A stretch of DNA of 64,000 nt. Source: Promethearchaeota archaeon. GTDB lineage: Archaea; Asgardarchaeota; Lokiarchaeia; Sigyniarchaeales; SOKP01. Below the pieces are notes generated by a model. The model saw nothing but the letters and a program-made list of their open reading frames with translations, was not told the DNA's origin and made no database searches. How positions within the stretch are numbered: position 1 is the first letter of the stretch; every line of letters begins with the position of its first letter. Of the stretch, positions 1-11,055 are shown piece after piece. The stretch covers positions 18,980 to 82,979 of the forward strand of contig JBHLOC010000023.1 in assembly GCA_048940925.1 (NCBI GenBank), in the 5' to 3' direction. The position numbers and the translations under genes were made by a program.

Positions 1-3000
1 GTATTTTTTAATGGTGAAAATAAAACTAATAATCCAATATTTCAAATATCTGCTAAAACAGATTTAAATATCACTGTTAAATATCCTGACGCAATGGGCA
101 ATCATATTCCTCAAGCTATTGTAGAATTAACTGGAAATCTTACGGGTTTTCTACAAGAGAATGAGACTTTGGAACAATATACGATTATCATTGATACAGA
201 AGATTTACCTATAGGAGAAATATATTTTGATATAGTAGCTCATAGAATAAATTATGAAGCCCAAAAAGTAGGTGCTTTACTAACAGTTTCTAAAATCAAT
301 ACCCAAAGTTTACAAATTTTTTTAAATGGAGAAGAAAAAACTTCATTTCCTTTCTTAGATGTACCTCTCAATAAGTTATTAAATATAACCGTAAAGTATA
401 AAGATACCACAGGAGATCATATTTCAGGTGCTGCAGTACAACTAATCGGAGAAGGAATTTTAGAAGATTTAGAGGAAGATTTTAATTTTGAACAATATAC
501 AGTTCTACTCAATACATCAATAAAATTTCAATTAGGAGTTAATAATTTATTAATAAATGCTGAAAAAGAAAGGTATCAAGAAGAAAGTATCAATCCAAAA
601 ATAACAGTAAGAAAAATAAACACACAAATTATATCTATGACTGGATCAAATAATATAAACATTAGACCAGGAAAAAGTGCTACAATTAGTGTTTTCATTA
701 ATGATACAGATTTCAATAAAATCATAAAGGGATTAACACTCACTTATACATGGGAATTTGGAGATGGGATTTTAAAAGATGATAATAATGATGGAATATA
801 TGAAGTGATACTTAATAATGTGCCTGTTGGGACGCATTATGTTAATATTAGCGCCTTTGGGAGCGATATTTATAGGTTTGAGACTTATAGAATAACAATT
901 AATGCTCTAAGACCAAAACAAAATATGCTTCTTTTTCAAATTTTATTAACAATAGGAATTATTGCGTCTGGAGTAATCGCTGGCTATATTTATGCTTATC
1001 AGAAAATTTTGAAATATCCAAGACAAGTGAGAAAAGTTCGTAAGTATAGAAAAACGCTAAAGAAGAAAAAAGCACCTAGTGGGGTAATTAAAACTCGTGA
1101 AACCACTTTTAACAGTGCATATCAAAAAGAATTAAATAAAACATCAAGATTTGTAAAAGGAAAAGCTACTTTTAAAAAATCGGAAGAACAAGAAACCCCT
1201 GAAAAAAAAAGAGGGGAACCTAAATTGAATTCGGGATCTAAAAGTGAAAATAATATAAATTCAAATACAAACAGCACTGGTTTTGATAAACAAAAATCCT
1301 TCAGTAAACAAAAATTGATCATATTAAGAAAATTAAGATTAGGTCTTTTAAAACCAAAAAAAATTCGTCGATTTATTTCTATTTTAATTGTTACCATTTT
1401 ACTTTTGAGTCCTTTTATCATTAGTTTTTACATATACCAAAATTCAAAAAATCCTCTAAGAGATGATAATTCAAGTAAAATAAGAATATCTGGTCAAAAA
1501 ACTAACTCTACAGAATGGTTGAAAGATACATCTTTTGATAATCTGATAGATCCTATTTGGTTTGCATCTTATGGAGATTTGGGAGATAGGAAAGATGTAA
1601 ATGCAATATTAGGTCCTGGTTATGCTAATATGACTGTTAGAGGTGATAATGGAACATTCTCAGCAATTTCAGGGATACCATCTTCAACAGATTGGCTAAA
1701 TGTGACTAATCCGGATTTTCCAGCATTACCTGATTTTAACGAAATCGATGAGGATGGTTGTCGTGTATCTCATACTTGGATAGATCCGGATGATCCTTTC
1801 CAGATTGTAAGTATTCACTGGGATAATAATATCACTTTACCGGTTAATATGTCAGATTATATTATTACATCAGTTTCATTGAGCGCAGTGATAAATGCTT
1901 CTGTCACAACTGTTGGAACAGGTCCTCTTTACCGAGGAGGCGTAGATGTAGAGGGTGATACAATTGATGGGTCTGATCCGGATTTTGCAAGAGAATATGA
2001 TTATGTAAGGTTTTATGTGTTAATATCAGATTTAGATAAAAATGATGTGTTTGAAGCAGCATATAATCAAACAACTAACCTAGGGCAAGATTCTCCTCCT
2101 ATTGCTACTATATCAGATACGGAAATTTTTACAAGACCAGAGGAGAGTTTAATTTCATATTTAAATACTGTTTTAGAGAATGACCCCGATCATCAAAATT
2201 TTACATTAACTTTAGGAATGAGAATATATTGTGCGGATAATGGTCAAGGGGATAGGGATACTTGGGACTCACTTCGATTTAAATCATGTAATTTTTCATT
2301 GAGTTATGAAAAAAAGATTGATCAATTCACCTCTGTATCATGGAATCAAGATGCTAAAAAAATAAGTGATATTAGTAGTGATCCAGAAGAAGAAGTGGTA
2401 GTTAATGAAGCGATAATGAATTTCAAATATAAAATTGATCAAAATTGGACTGAATTATCTCCTAATTCAGAATTAAGGATTCTAATTAATGGTAATCCTC
2501 ATACTGAAACTGTAAAGCTGAGTACTGCTAATGAAACATTTCAAGAAGGAAAAATAGATGGATTTGATGTCACACATCTGATAACTGATGATGTAAATGT
2601 CTCTATTCAACTCTTTTTGACAGATAAATTCAGACTAAACCGCAACATTACTGTTTCTATAGATGATGTTACTCTTAATATTACGTATACAATATTTTTT
2701 CCGCCTCGCGGATCGAGCCTTCAACTCTTTATAAATAATGAAAATAAAACTTTAGATCCTAATTTTGAGTTATATGTAGGAGAACAATTAAATATAACTA
2801 TAAAATACCTTAATGAGACAGGTGTACCTATCCCTAATGCTACAGTTTCGTTATCAGGCAATTTTACAGGAACCTTGAAGGAAAATAAAACATTTGGACA
2901 ATATTCTATTATTATCGATACTGATATATCCAATATTGGTGTTAATTTTCTGACCATCACGGCTTATGCAGAGGATTATGTCAGTATGTTAATAACGCCC

Positions 3001-4050
3001 GTAATATCTATTATCAAATTTGATACAAAAAATCTTCAAGTATTCTTAAATAATGAAAATAAGACTCTCAATCCAGAGATTGAACTTAGAATTGAACAGG
3101 AATTAAATATCACTGTTAGGTATAGTGATTCAATGGGAAATTATGTTCCTAATGCTACAGTAAGGCTGAAATCCGAAGGGATAACAAAAGATCTGAATGA
3201 AAGTTCAATTTTCAAGCAATATACAACTATTATAAATACTGCTGATAGATTTAAAATTGGGCTTAATTATTTAACAATCGAGGCACAGCATATAATTCAT
3301 CAAACCGAATTTGCTGTTATAAGACTCTATATTCGAAAGATTAATATTGATATTGCAACTGTATCTGGGTCAGACAGAATAAATACTCAAGCGGGAAAGG
3401 ACATTACTTTAAAAGTAAATCTTAATAATACTGATTTAGGCGTGTTAGTTACAGGTGCTAATGTAACATATAGCTGGGTGAATGGTGGTGGAATACTTAA
3501 AGATCCTGATAATGATGGTATATATGAAGCTACTATTGAAAATATTCCGCAAGGTACTTTTACGATCACAATTTCTGCTTTTGCTGGTGATGATTATGAA
3601 GCTCAAGATTATGAGATAACAGTTGTAGCTGCCGGAGAAGATGAAGCAGCTACTTTGTTATTTCAAACATTATTTATCCTTTCTGTAGTAATTGCGTTAG
3701 GGTTAGTGAGTTATCTTATCGCATATCAAAAATACTTAAAATTTCCAAGGCCAGTTAGGAAAGTTCGAAAATTTAGAAAAACTTTAAGAAAGAAAAAAGC
3801 TCCCTCCATAAATATTGTAGGGCGAGAAGTAGCCTTTAAATCAGTATATAATAAAGAAGTAGGCACATTTCCCAGTGATATCAAGTTAAAGCGAATACAA
3901 CCGAAATTTAAAAAAACTGAAGAAAAAGAAATTCCTGATAAAATTAAAGCCAAGCCGTTAGAACAAGAAATGGAATCAGATAAACTTATTGACAAATCAA
4001 TTGAAAAAAAGGAAGAATTAGATGAGTTAGTCGATAAATCCTCAAAATAA
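1..4050 (+). CDS. Large multi-module surface/membrane protein (5'-partial): Ig-like repeats, TM, basic cytoplasmic motif, second TM, large extracellular domain, Ig-like repeats, C-terminal TM and tail
   Basis: Frame is open from base 1 (VFFNGENKTNNPIFQ...) into the ORF-track ATG at 94. Repeated LQ(I/V)FLNxExKT...LNITV(K/R)Y units, DxxNDGIY loops, three hydrophobic segments, two YQKxLK(Y/F)PRxVRKVRK(Y/F)RKTL motifs. Confidence 0.8.
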   Translation, partial: VFFNGENKTNNPIFQISAKTDLNITVKYPDAMGNHIPQAIVELTGNLTGFLQENETLEQYTIIIDTEDLPIGEIYFDIVAHRINYEAQKVGALLTVSKINTQSLQIFLNGEEKTSFPFLDVPLNKLLNITVKYKDTTGDHISGAAVQLIGEGILEDLEEDFNFEQYTVLLNTSIKFQLGVNNLLINAEKERYQEESINPKITVRKINTQIISMTGSNNINIRPGKSATISVFINDTDFNKIIKGLTLTYTWEFGDGILKDDNNDGIYEVILNNVPVGTHYVNISAFGSDIYRFETYRITINALRPKQNMLLFQILLTIGIIASGVIAGYIYAYQKILKYPRQVRKVRKYRKTLKKKKAPSGVIKTRETTFNSAYQKELNKTSRFVKGKATFKKSEEQETPEKKRGEPKLNSGSKSENNINSNTNSTGFDKQKSFSKQKLIILRKLRLGLLKPKKIRRFISILIVTILLLSPFIISFYIYQNSKNPLRDDNSSKIRISGQKTNSTEWLKDTSFDNLIDPIWFASYGDLGDRKDVNAILGPGYANMTVRGDNGTFSAISGIPSSTDWLNVTNPDFPALPDFNEIDEDGCRVSHTWIDPDDPFQIVSIHWDNNITLPVNMSDYIITSVSLSAVINASVTTVGTGPLYRGGVDVEGDTIDGSDPDFAREYDYVRFYVLISDLDKNDVFEAAYNQTTNLGQDSPPIATISDTEIFTRPEESLISYLNTVLENDPDHQNFTLTLGMRIYCADNGQGDRDTWDSLRFKSCNFSLSYEKKIDQFTSVSWNQDAKKISDISSDPEEEVVVNEAIMNFKYKIDQNWTELSPNSELRILINGNPHTETVKLSTANETFQEGKIDGFDVTHLITDDVNVSIQLFLTDKFRLNRNITVSIDDVTLNITYTIFFPPRGSSLQLFINNENKTLDPNFELYVGEQLNITIKYLNETGVPIPNATVSLSGNFTGTLKENKTFGQYSIIIDTDISNIGVNFLTITAYAEDYVSMLITPVISIIKFDTKNLQVFLNNENKTLNPEIELRIEQELNITVRYSDSMGNYVPNATVRLKSEGITKDLNESSIFKQYTTIINTADRFKIGLNYLTIEAQHIIHQTEFAVIRLYIRKINIDIATVSGSDRINTQAGKDITLKVNLNNTDLGVLVTGANVTYSWVNGGGILKDPDNDGIYEATIENIPQGTFTITISAFAGDDYEAQDYEITVVAAGEDEAATLLFQTLFILSVVIALGLVSYLIAYQKYLKFPRPVRKVRKFRKTLRKKKAPSINIVGREVAFKSVYNKEVGTFPSDIKLKRIQPKFKKTEEKEIPDKIKAKPLEQEMESDKLIDKSIEKKEELDELVDKSSK

Positions 4051-4270
4051 GGAGTTGGACATTGAAAAAAAGGAATAAAAACTATGAATTATAATTATCA
4101 ATAAATTATTTTTTTTACTTTTTTTTTCCATTCTTTAAATGAATATAGTATTTGAAATAATTCTCCAAATATATAATTTAAATTATATATCATTTTTCCT
4201 TAAGTTACTTATTTAAAAGTAAAAGGATTTTAGAATATATTATCATTCAATTTAAAGGTAAATTTAAGAT

Positions 4271-7200
4271 TTGAAGTCTAAAAGTCTGAAAAATGTAAAA
4301 TTTCTCCTTACTATTATTTTTTTGTTCATTCTATCTCTAAATATTTTTACGGTAATTTTAAGCGAACATCAAAAAGTATATTTTAATTCTAGTAACTCTT
4401 TTTACAATAATGAACTTGAATTCAGAAACAATCTACATATTTCCGCTGCTCAATTAACTAAAAAAACTTATGTAGATCAATGGATAGAGAATTCAGATTT
4501 TAATAATAACACTAATTGGATATCAGAAATCACTGGTGATAAAACAGATATTACTACTGACATCAATGAAGGAGTTGCAAACTTTAATGTAGAAGGAGCA
4601 AGCTACACAGAAACACTGATATCAGGCACCCCCAATTCATCAACATCAGAAAATTGGTATAATACTACAAATCCTGATATCCCTGTTTATCCTACTCAAG
4701 GCTATGGAATTGATGAGTCTGGTTGTTTTGCTTCTCATTTGTGGGCAGAGCATAGTGGGACCACCACAAATGCCTATCAAAAAACTAGTGTCCAATGGGA
4801 AAAAGTAATAACGGCACCACACAATTTATCTGATTATACTATAACGGATGTTTCTCTTGATCTATTAATTAATGCTACTGCAAAAGCCTATGAAGGAGGC
4901 AACGATTTAGATATTTGGAGCTGGGAAGGTGTTGAAGTATATGGGGATACCTATGCGAGATTTAATGAAGGAGATTACATAAAATTTTATGTTAGATTCT
5001 TAAATTTGGATAAAACTGTAAATTATAAGGTTTTTGAATATCAAACTAGCACATTAGGACAAGATGGAGACAAAGTCCTCGATAGTTATGATTATCTATA
5101 TGATGTCTTATTTGAAGCAAATAATACAAGTGATCTTATATTTTACTTGAATCAAGTATTAGAAAATGGAGATTATCAAAATTTTATAATAGCATTGGGA
5201 ATGGAGTTCAATTGCGAAGATAACCAAGTAACAGATTTAGACGAATTTACTGAAGCATATATTAAGTCCTGTAATTTTACAATTTCATACATCAAAAAAA
5301 TAAATAGATTAACCTCAGCATCATGGAAATATCTTGGAAATAAAATTGATAATAGAGGGGGTATTGTTGAAATAAATAATGCAAATCTACAGTTTGATTT
5401 TAAAATTAATAAAGACTGGCCAACTAATTTATCACCAAATTCAGAAATTAGGATTTTGATAAATGATAAAGAGCATACTGAGGCTATTGGATTAAGGTAT
5501 GCTGAAGAAAAGTTTATCCCTGCAAAAGCTGAGGGTTTTGAAGTAGGCACATTAATTCCTATAGCTGATGTGATAAATATCTCTATACTAATATTTCTTG
5601 GAGATGAGTTTAATTTAGCAGAAGATCTAATAATTAGTATAGATAATGTTAAATTAAACATATCGTATGATATTTTCCTTCCCACTAAGGGAGATACCCT
5701 CTTTATAGGCTTACTAATTGGAGCTTTAATTAGCTCTATTTTATTAGGAGGATATTTCATTTATTATAGAATGGTTTTAAGATTTCCTAAGCAAGTTAGA
5801 AAAGTAAGAAAATATCGTAAAACTCTCAATAAAAAAGAGCCCCCAAAAATTACAATTAAAAATCGTGAAAAATCTTTCGGCTCAAATTATAATAAGGAGA
5901 TAAAGAAGACTTCAAGTTTAACTAATTTAAAACACATTAAAAAAGCGGTACCGAAAAAGCAAAACGCACATTCAATGAAAGAGAACCCCGAATTTTTTAA
6001 AAAACTTGTGCTTGTCTTATTTATTATTTTAGGCTTGCTTTTTATACCAATCTATGGATACCTCGTTCCTAATTCATATATTACCGAAGAAAAAACAATG
6101 AGTTTAAATTTGCTCCAGGTTGGAAACTCTAATTTATTTAGAAAAGTTTCTCATAATGAACAATGGATCGAAAATCCCAATTTTGATACAAGTGATAATT
6201 GGTCTTTATCTCAGCAAGGTGATTTTTCAGATCTATCTTTAGATATTAGTGATGGTAGTGGAAATTATGAAATTCTAGGAGATTATGGTAAACAAGATTT
6301 TTTAGAAGATGGTACAAGTTCGAATTGGACTAAACTCCAAAATGAGGATAATATTGTGTTACCAGATAATTTTACTATTGGTGATTCCGGTATGAATGAA
6401 AGTGGATGGTATGCATACTTTTTTTGGCCAGATAATGAGCCTCAGTCGGTAAGAGTTCAATGGAGAAAAAATTTTTCGATGAGTGTAAATATGTCTGATT
6501 ATTATATTACATCTGCATCATTAAAAACTTGGATTAATGGCTCAGTTCAGGCAACATCTATGGATAATGGGGGAATTGATCGCCCAGGAGATACATTAGT
6601 TAATAATCCAAGTAATGAACTTCAAATAGCTACTGGAGATTTTGCTCGGTATTTTATCATGATTTCAGATATTGAACAAAATAGAGAATTTGTTGCCGCT
6701 CAATATCAAACCGATGAGTTAGGTAAGGATGGTCCTCCTGCTATTACTCAGTTAAATGACACTCTCATTATGCCTATTAATGAAGAAACCTTGGTATTTT
6801 ACCTTGAACAAGCTTTACAATACGATCATCAACACTTCGCTATCACTTTGGGGATGTATTTCTGGTGTGAAGATAGTGGTCATCCAGGAGATTCGGATAA
6901 CTGGCAAATGATGATAATTAAAAACTTTTCTTTATCAATATCTTATGAAAAAAAGATTAATCAATTTAATAGCGGAACATGGAAATATAGGGGAAAAAGA
7001 ATTGAAGCTAATGGGTATAGAGTTGAAGTTACTGATGCCCAACTCAATTTCGAATATAAAGTGGATCAAACCTGGCCTTCTGATTTATCACCAAATTCTA
7101 GATTTAAAATTTCGATAAATGAAGTTGAACATAATGAAACAATTAGATTAAGTGAAGCAGACACGTCATTCAAGAATGCTACAGAAAATGGATTTGATGT

Positions 7201-7765
7201 TGGAAAAATTATTCCAAATGATAAAGAGATTAATGTTTCAATCCAAGTATATATTGCAGATGAATTTGCATTGCGAGAAAATATTAAAATTTCAATTGAT
7301 AATATTTACTTATGGATTTCTTATGATGTTTATATACCCGTAAAAGAGTCTATTCTATTTCAAGCATTATTTATTTTAGCTTGTATTGGTGCTGGAATTT
7401 TAGCAGCTTATACAATACTTTATCAACGAGTATTAAAATATCCCAGACAAGTTAGAAAAGTGAGAAAATATCGTAAAACTTTACGCCAAGAAAAGATTCC
7501 TGAAGTTCCCATCTTAAGTCAGGAAGAAGCATTCAAAAGAAGATATAATCAAGTAATACTTAAAACAACTCAATTATTAACTGCTAAATTAATGCTTCGT
7601 AGAGGTGAATCAATTGAGTCAACGGAAAAAGAATCAAAACTGCTAAAAACTACTTATAAAAAATTGGAGAAAGAATCTAATTCTGAAGAATTAATAACTA
7701 AATCTTTAGAGAAAAAGGAAGAATTGGATAAAATAGTTAAAAAATTATCTAAAGAAAGTAATTAA
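4271..7765 (+). CDS. Large membrane-anchored surface protein made of two tandem copies of an extracellular domain + TM + basic motif; paralog of the upstream gene
   Basis: 1164-aa ORF with N-terminal hydrophobic signal. Two copies of a domain with SDYxIT, LG(Q/K)D and LSPNS motifs also found in 1..4050; shared C-terminal KS(I/L)EKKEELD. Confidence 0.8.
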   Translation: MKSKSLKNVKFLLTIIFLFILSLNIFTVILSEHQKVYFNSSNSFYNNELEFRNNLHISAAQLTKKTYVDQWIENSDFNNNTNWISEITGDKTDITTDINEGVANFNVEGASYTETLISGTPNSSTSENWYNTTNPDIPVYPTQGYGIDESGCFASHLWAEHSGTTTNAYQKTSVQWEKVITAPHNLSDYTITDVSLDLLINATAKAYEGGNDLDIWSWEGVEVYGDTYARFNEGDYIKFYVRFLNLDKTVNYKVFEYQTSTLGQDGDKVLDSYDYLYDVLFEANNTSDLIFYLNQVLENGDYQNFIIALGMEFNCEDNQVTDLDEFTEAYIKSCNFTISYIKKINRLTSASWKYLGNKIDNRGGIVEINNANLQFDFKINKDWPTNLSPNSEIRILINDKEHTEAIGLRYAEEKFIPAKAEGFEVGTLIPIADVINISILIFLGDEFNLAEDLIISIDNVKLNISYDIFLPTKGDTLFIGLLIGALISSILLGGYFIYYRMVLRFPKQVRKVRKYRKTLNKKEPPKITIKNREKSFGSNYNKEIKKTSSLTNLKHIKKAVPKKQNAHSMKENPEFFKKLVLVLFIILGLLFIPIYGYLVPNSYITEEKTMSLNLLQVGNSNLFRKVSHNEQWIENPNFDTSDNWSLSQQGDFSDLSLDISDGSGNYEILGDYGKQDFLEDGTSSNWTKLQNEDNIVLPDNFTIGDSGMNESGWYAYFFWPDNEPQSVRVQWRKNFSMSVNMSDYYITSASLKTWINGSVQATSMDNGGIDRPGDTLVNNPSNELQIATGDFARYFIMISDIEQNREFVAAQYQTDELGKDGPPAITQLNDTLIMPINEETLVFYLEQALQYDHQHFAITLGMYFWCEDSGHPGDSDNWQMMIIKNFSLSISYEKKINQFNSGTWKYRGKRIEANGYRVEVTDAQLNFEYKVDQTWPSDLSPNSRFKISINEVEHNETIRLSEADTSFKNATENGFDVGKIIPNDKEINVSIQVYIADEFALRENIKISIDNIYLWISYDVYIPVKESILFQALFILACIGAGILAAYTILYQRVLKYPRQVRKVRKYRKTLRQEKIPEVPILSQEEAFKRRYNQVILKTTQLLTAKLMLRRGESIESTEKESKLLKTTYKKLEKESNSEELITKSLEKKEELDKIVKKLSKESN

Positions 7766-7775
7766 ATAATAGAAA

Positions 7776-8330
7776 TTAATCTTTTTTATTTTTTGTGTAA
7801 GCTAGAACGATAGCATCATAATATTTTCCTTGAAATTTTAAATATTGCTTTAAGGTACCTTCTTGTAAAAAATCGCACTTTTTAAAAAGAATTATTGATC
7901 GTAGATTATCAACAGCAATATGAGCCTCAAGTCTATTTAATTTGAGATGATTAAATCCTATTATTTTGATTAAGTTTAAAGATTTTTCCCCATGTCCTTT
8001 ATTCCAGTACGGAGGAATTATCCAAATACCAATTTCAGCTCTCATATGTCTCCAATTTACATTCCAAAGGCTTATAGATCCTATTTTTTCTTTTTTATCT
8101 TCTCTTACTTCTATAATATAATTGAATTGCGCATAATTATCCCAGTATTTTAAATAATTCTTTATGAGCCTTTTGGAATACTCTAAAGTTGATAATGGAC
8201 CAAGTGATAAATAAGTGGTTAAATCTTTCAAATTCAAACTGTGAAAAAGAAACTCAGCATCATGTTTTGAGATTTTTCTTAGAAAGAGATTTCCATCATT
8301 GATTTCTTCGATTAACTCTGCGTTATACAT
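7776..8330 (-). CDS. GNAT family N-acetyltransferase (RimJ/RimL type)
   Basis: AEIGIWIIPPYWNKGHG acetyl-CoA motif, LKLNRLEAHIAVDNLRS, EGTLK. Confidence 0.85.
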   Translation of the reverse strand: MYNAELIEEINDGNLFLRKISKHDAEFLFHSLNLKDLTTYLSLGPLSTLEYSKRLIKNYLKYWDNYAQFNYIIEVREDKKEKIGSISLWNVNWRHMRAEIGIWIIPPYWNKGHGEKSLNLIKIIGFNHLKLNRLEAHIAVDNLRSIILFKKCDFLQEGTLKQYLKFQGKYYDAIVLAYTKNKKD

Positions 8331-8438
8331 ATTATCACTAATACTGAATGTATATATCTCTAGAATTATAAATTCTTATTATAAATTTATCAAAAAAAAA
8401 GAATTAAAAAAATTATGAAAAATTAGATTTATGGTTTT

Positions 8439-9269
8439 TTACATTCCACCAGTGAATTTAGGTTCTCGTTTTTGTAAGAAAGCCATAATTCCTTCGTTAA
8501 CATCTTTAGAACCTGCATTAACACCAAATCCTAACATCTCGAATATATTCCCTATCTCTATAGGTACCTGAGTACCAAATTTCACTGCTTTTTTAATAAC
8601 AAATAAACTAGTTGTGGCAGCATTCCCTAACCATGAAGCTTTCTCATGAATCAATTTTTCAAATTCCTCACCATCATCACATACATAACTAACATGACCC
8701 CATTCTAACATCTTTTCTGCAGGTATACGCTCTCCAAAATAGATTATGTTCAATGCACGATTCACTCCAATACGTCGAGCCATTCTCTGAGTACCTCCAT
8801 TACCAGGAAATATTCCTCTTAAAATTTCTGGGAATCCAAATTCAGATCTTTTAGTAGCAATTATTATATCACATACTAAAGTCAATTCACAGCCTCCTCC
8901 GAAAGCATATCCATCTACTGCAGCAATCACAGGTTTAGGATATTGTTCAATTAGGGTATAATATTTATGTTTTTGTTGCATTGCTAACGCTTGGTGCGCG
9001 GGAATATTAGGTTTAAGACCTTTTCCCATACCAGCAGATAAATCAGCACCAGCAGAAAAAGCAGCTTTCTTAGTAATATTTTTAGTACCTCTCAGCACAA
9101 TACATCTTACATTGCTGTCGATTTCAAATTGTTCCATCGCTTCATAAATTTCTCTTAATGTGTCGGTTGTAAGGGCATTTAATTTGTCTGGTCTGTTTAT
9201 AGAAATAACAGCATAGTTTCCATCTTCATTTATTTCTACAAGTACGTCTTCAAATTTTTTTTCTGACAT
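8439..9269 (-). CDS. Enoyl-CoA hydratase/isomerase (crotonase family)
   Basis: INRPDKLNAL, FSAGADL, KPVIAAVDGYAFGGGCEL, FGFPE, GGTQR. Confidence 0.93.
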   Translation of the reverse strand: MSEKKFEDVLVEINEDGNYAVISINRPDKLNALTTDTLREIYEAMEQFEIDSNVRCIVLRGTKNITKKAAFSAGADLSAGMGKGLKPNIPAHQALAMQQKHKYYTLIEQYPKPVIAAVDGYAFGGGCELTLVCDIIIATKRSEFGFPEILRGIFPGNGGTQRMARRIGVNRALNIIYFGERIPAEKMLEWGHVSYVCDDGEEFEKLIHEKASWLGNAATTSLFVIKKAVKFGTQVPIEIGNIFEMLGFGVNAGSKDVNEGIMAFLQKREPKFTGGM

Positions 9270-9452
9270 TTTCTCAACTTTACTTTAATTGGCTTTTAAT
9301 TTAATATTCTTTAATCTTTATTTAGATGATTTAAAGATAGTTAGTATTATTTTTACTAGAATTAAAAATTTTCAAATAGAATTTTAAGAGCTTTTTTATT
9401 AATTACCCAAATAGTAAAAGAAATAAGAAAAAAAATATAATTTTAAAAATTT

Positions 9453-10625
9453 CTATTTATATTCAACCCATTTCCCACTCTTTAAGAGTTCACAAGGTTT
9501 AAAATACTCTACTCCTGTTAATTCAACAAGTTCATTTAAAACTTCGACTTGGCGTTCCCATGTTTTTACATTTGCAGCCATGGGTCCGGGCATATTCATC
9601 CCTGCCATTAGTGTATCGTCTATGACTTTCCAGCTAGTTGTAATACCTTCCTCGAGTACTCTACATGCTTCATTCATCATGATAGCTAGAGGATATTTCA
9701 ACTGGTAAATCTTTGCTTTTCCTGCTTTTTTATCTGGTTGTGGTCTTCCTTTAGACCAATCTCGGAATCCTTGACCTGTTTTAGCGCCTAATTTTCCTTC
9801 ATTAAATAACTTTGTTATAACCTTTCCAGGTTTAAAGTCAGGAGAGAGTGTTTCTGAATAATACATCTGACCATGATATAATACATCAATGCCTACATAA
9901 TCAGCTAAGACTGTCATAGACATAGGACCACCCATACCATCATTATCAAGTTGGTCCCATGAAAAACCTTCTTCAGCAGCTTTATCGAAGCAATAATTTT
10001 GATAAATCTGAGCAGGAGCAGTTACTCGATTACAAATAAAACCAGGTCTGTCTTTTAAAACTTTTGGGACATATCTTTTTCCCCTGAGGCAAGGAATATA
10101 TTCTGCAAATTCTACACCTTTATCAACGCTTTCATCTGAAGAATGATCACTGTAAATAACTTCAATTAATCTCATTAAAGGAACAGGATTGAAAAAATGC
10201 ATACCTATACACTTATCTTGTCTGCCAGAATCTTTACCTATCTCAGTTATGCTCATAGTTGAAGTATTTGAAGCAAGTATACAATGTGGAGGTGCGTTCT
10301 CTCCTGCGGTTTTAAATACAGCTTTTTTAATCTCCATCCTTTCGACAACAGCTTCAATCATGATATCAGCATCTTTAACAGCTGAAGCCAAATCTGTTGA
10401 CTTCTTACAATTTGCCATTATAGTAGATGCTGTTTTACCTTCAGGTAATGTTCCTTTTTGTTCAAGCTTTTTCATACCTTCATCTATTTTAGCTACTCCC
10501 TTATCAACAAATTCATCTTTGATATCCACCATAGTTATATTATAACCTGCTAGCAACGCCATCTGGCCAATACCATGCCCCATTTGACCCGCTCCAACGA
10601 CTACAACGTTTTTTATATCAACCAT
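9453..10625 (-). CDS. 3-hydroxyacyl-CoA dehydrogenase
   Basis: GAGQMGHGIG Rossmann motif, IEAVVE, ASNTST, GMHFFNP, PGFICNR. Confidence 0.93.
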   Translation of the reverse strand: MVDIKNVVVVGAGQMGHGIGQMALLAGYNITMVDIKDEFVDKGVAKIDEGMKKLEQKGTLPEGKTASTIMANCKKSTDLASAVKDADIMIEAVVERMEIKKAVFKTAGENAPPHCILASNTSTMSITEIGKDSGRQDKCIGMHFFNPVPLMRLIEVIYSDHSSDESVDKGVEFAEYIPCLRGKRYVPKVLKDRPGFICNRVTAPAQIYQNYCFDKAAEEGFSWDQLDNDGMGGPMSMTVLADYVGIDVLYHGQMYYSETLSPDFKPGKVITKLFNEGKLGAKTGQGFRDWSKGRPQPDKKAGKAKIYQLKYPLAIMMNEACRVLEEGITTSWKVIDDTLMAGMNMPGPMAANVKTWERQVEVLNELVELTGVEYFKPCELLKSGKWVEYK

Positions 10626-11055
10626 TCTAAACCAACCTTTTTGAATTTAAAATTTAAGTTTTTATAATATGAAGTTAATTGATGTAATATTGTTTTTTTT
10701 TTAATCTTTGACATTTTATACACCAAAAGTAACAATCCATAATCTAAATGAATATAATTACTTATCATTTTCTAAATCCTTAATGACTAAATTTAAAAAA
10801 ATAAAGTTCAGAAGCTTTAAAGATTAATAATTTGAATATTTTGAAATATAAGGAAATATGAATTTGATTTTAAAATTATAATTGATAATAAATACTCCAT
10901 TTCTATTAATAATACCAAGAGTTTAATTGGTGTGTTTGTATTATAAGTTTAGAAATCGAAATATACGAATTCTTTGAAGTAAATTTAGTTATTACTAAAA
11001 TAGATTTGAATCAAAAATTTCGATTTTAAAAAGCAATTATATTAGAGGAAAAATT

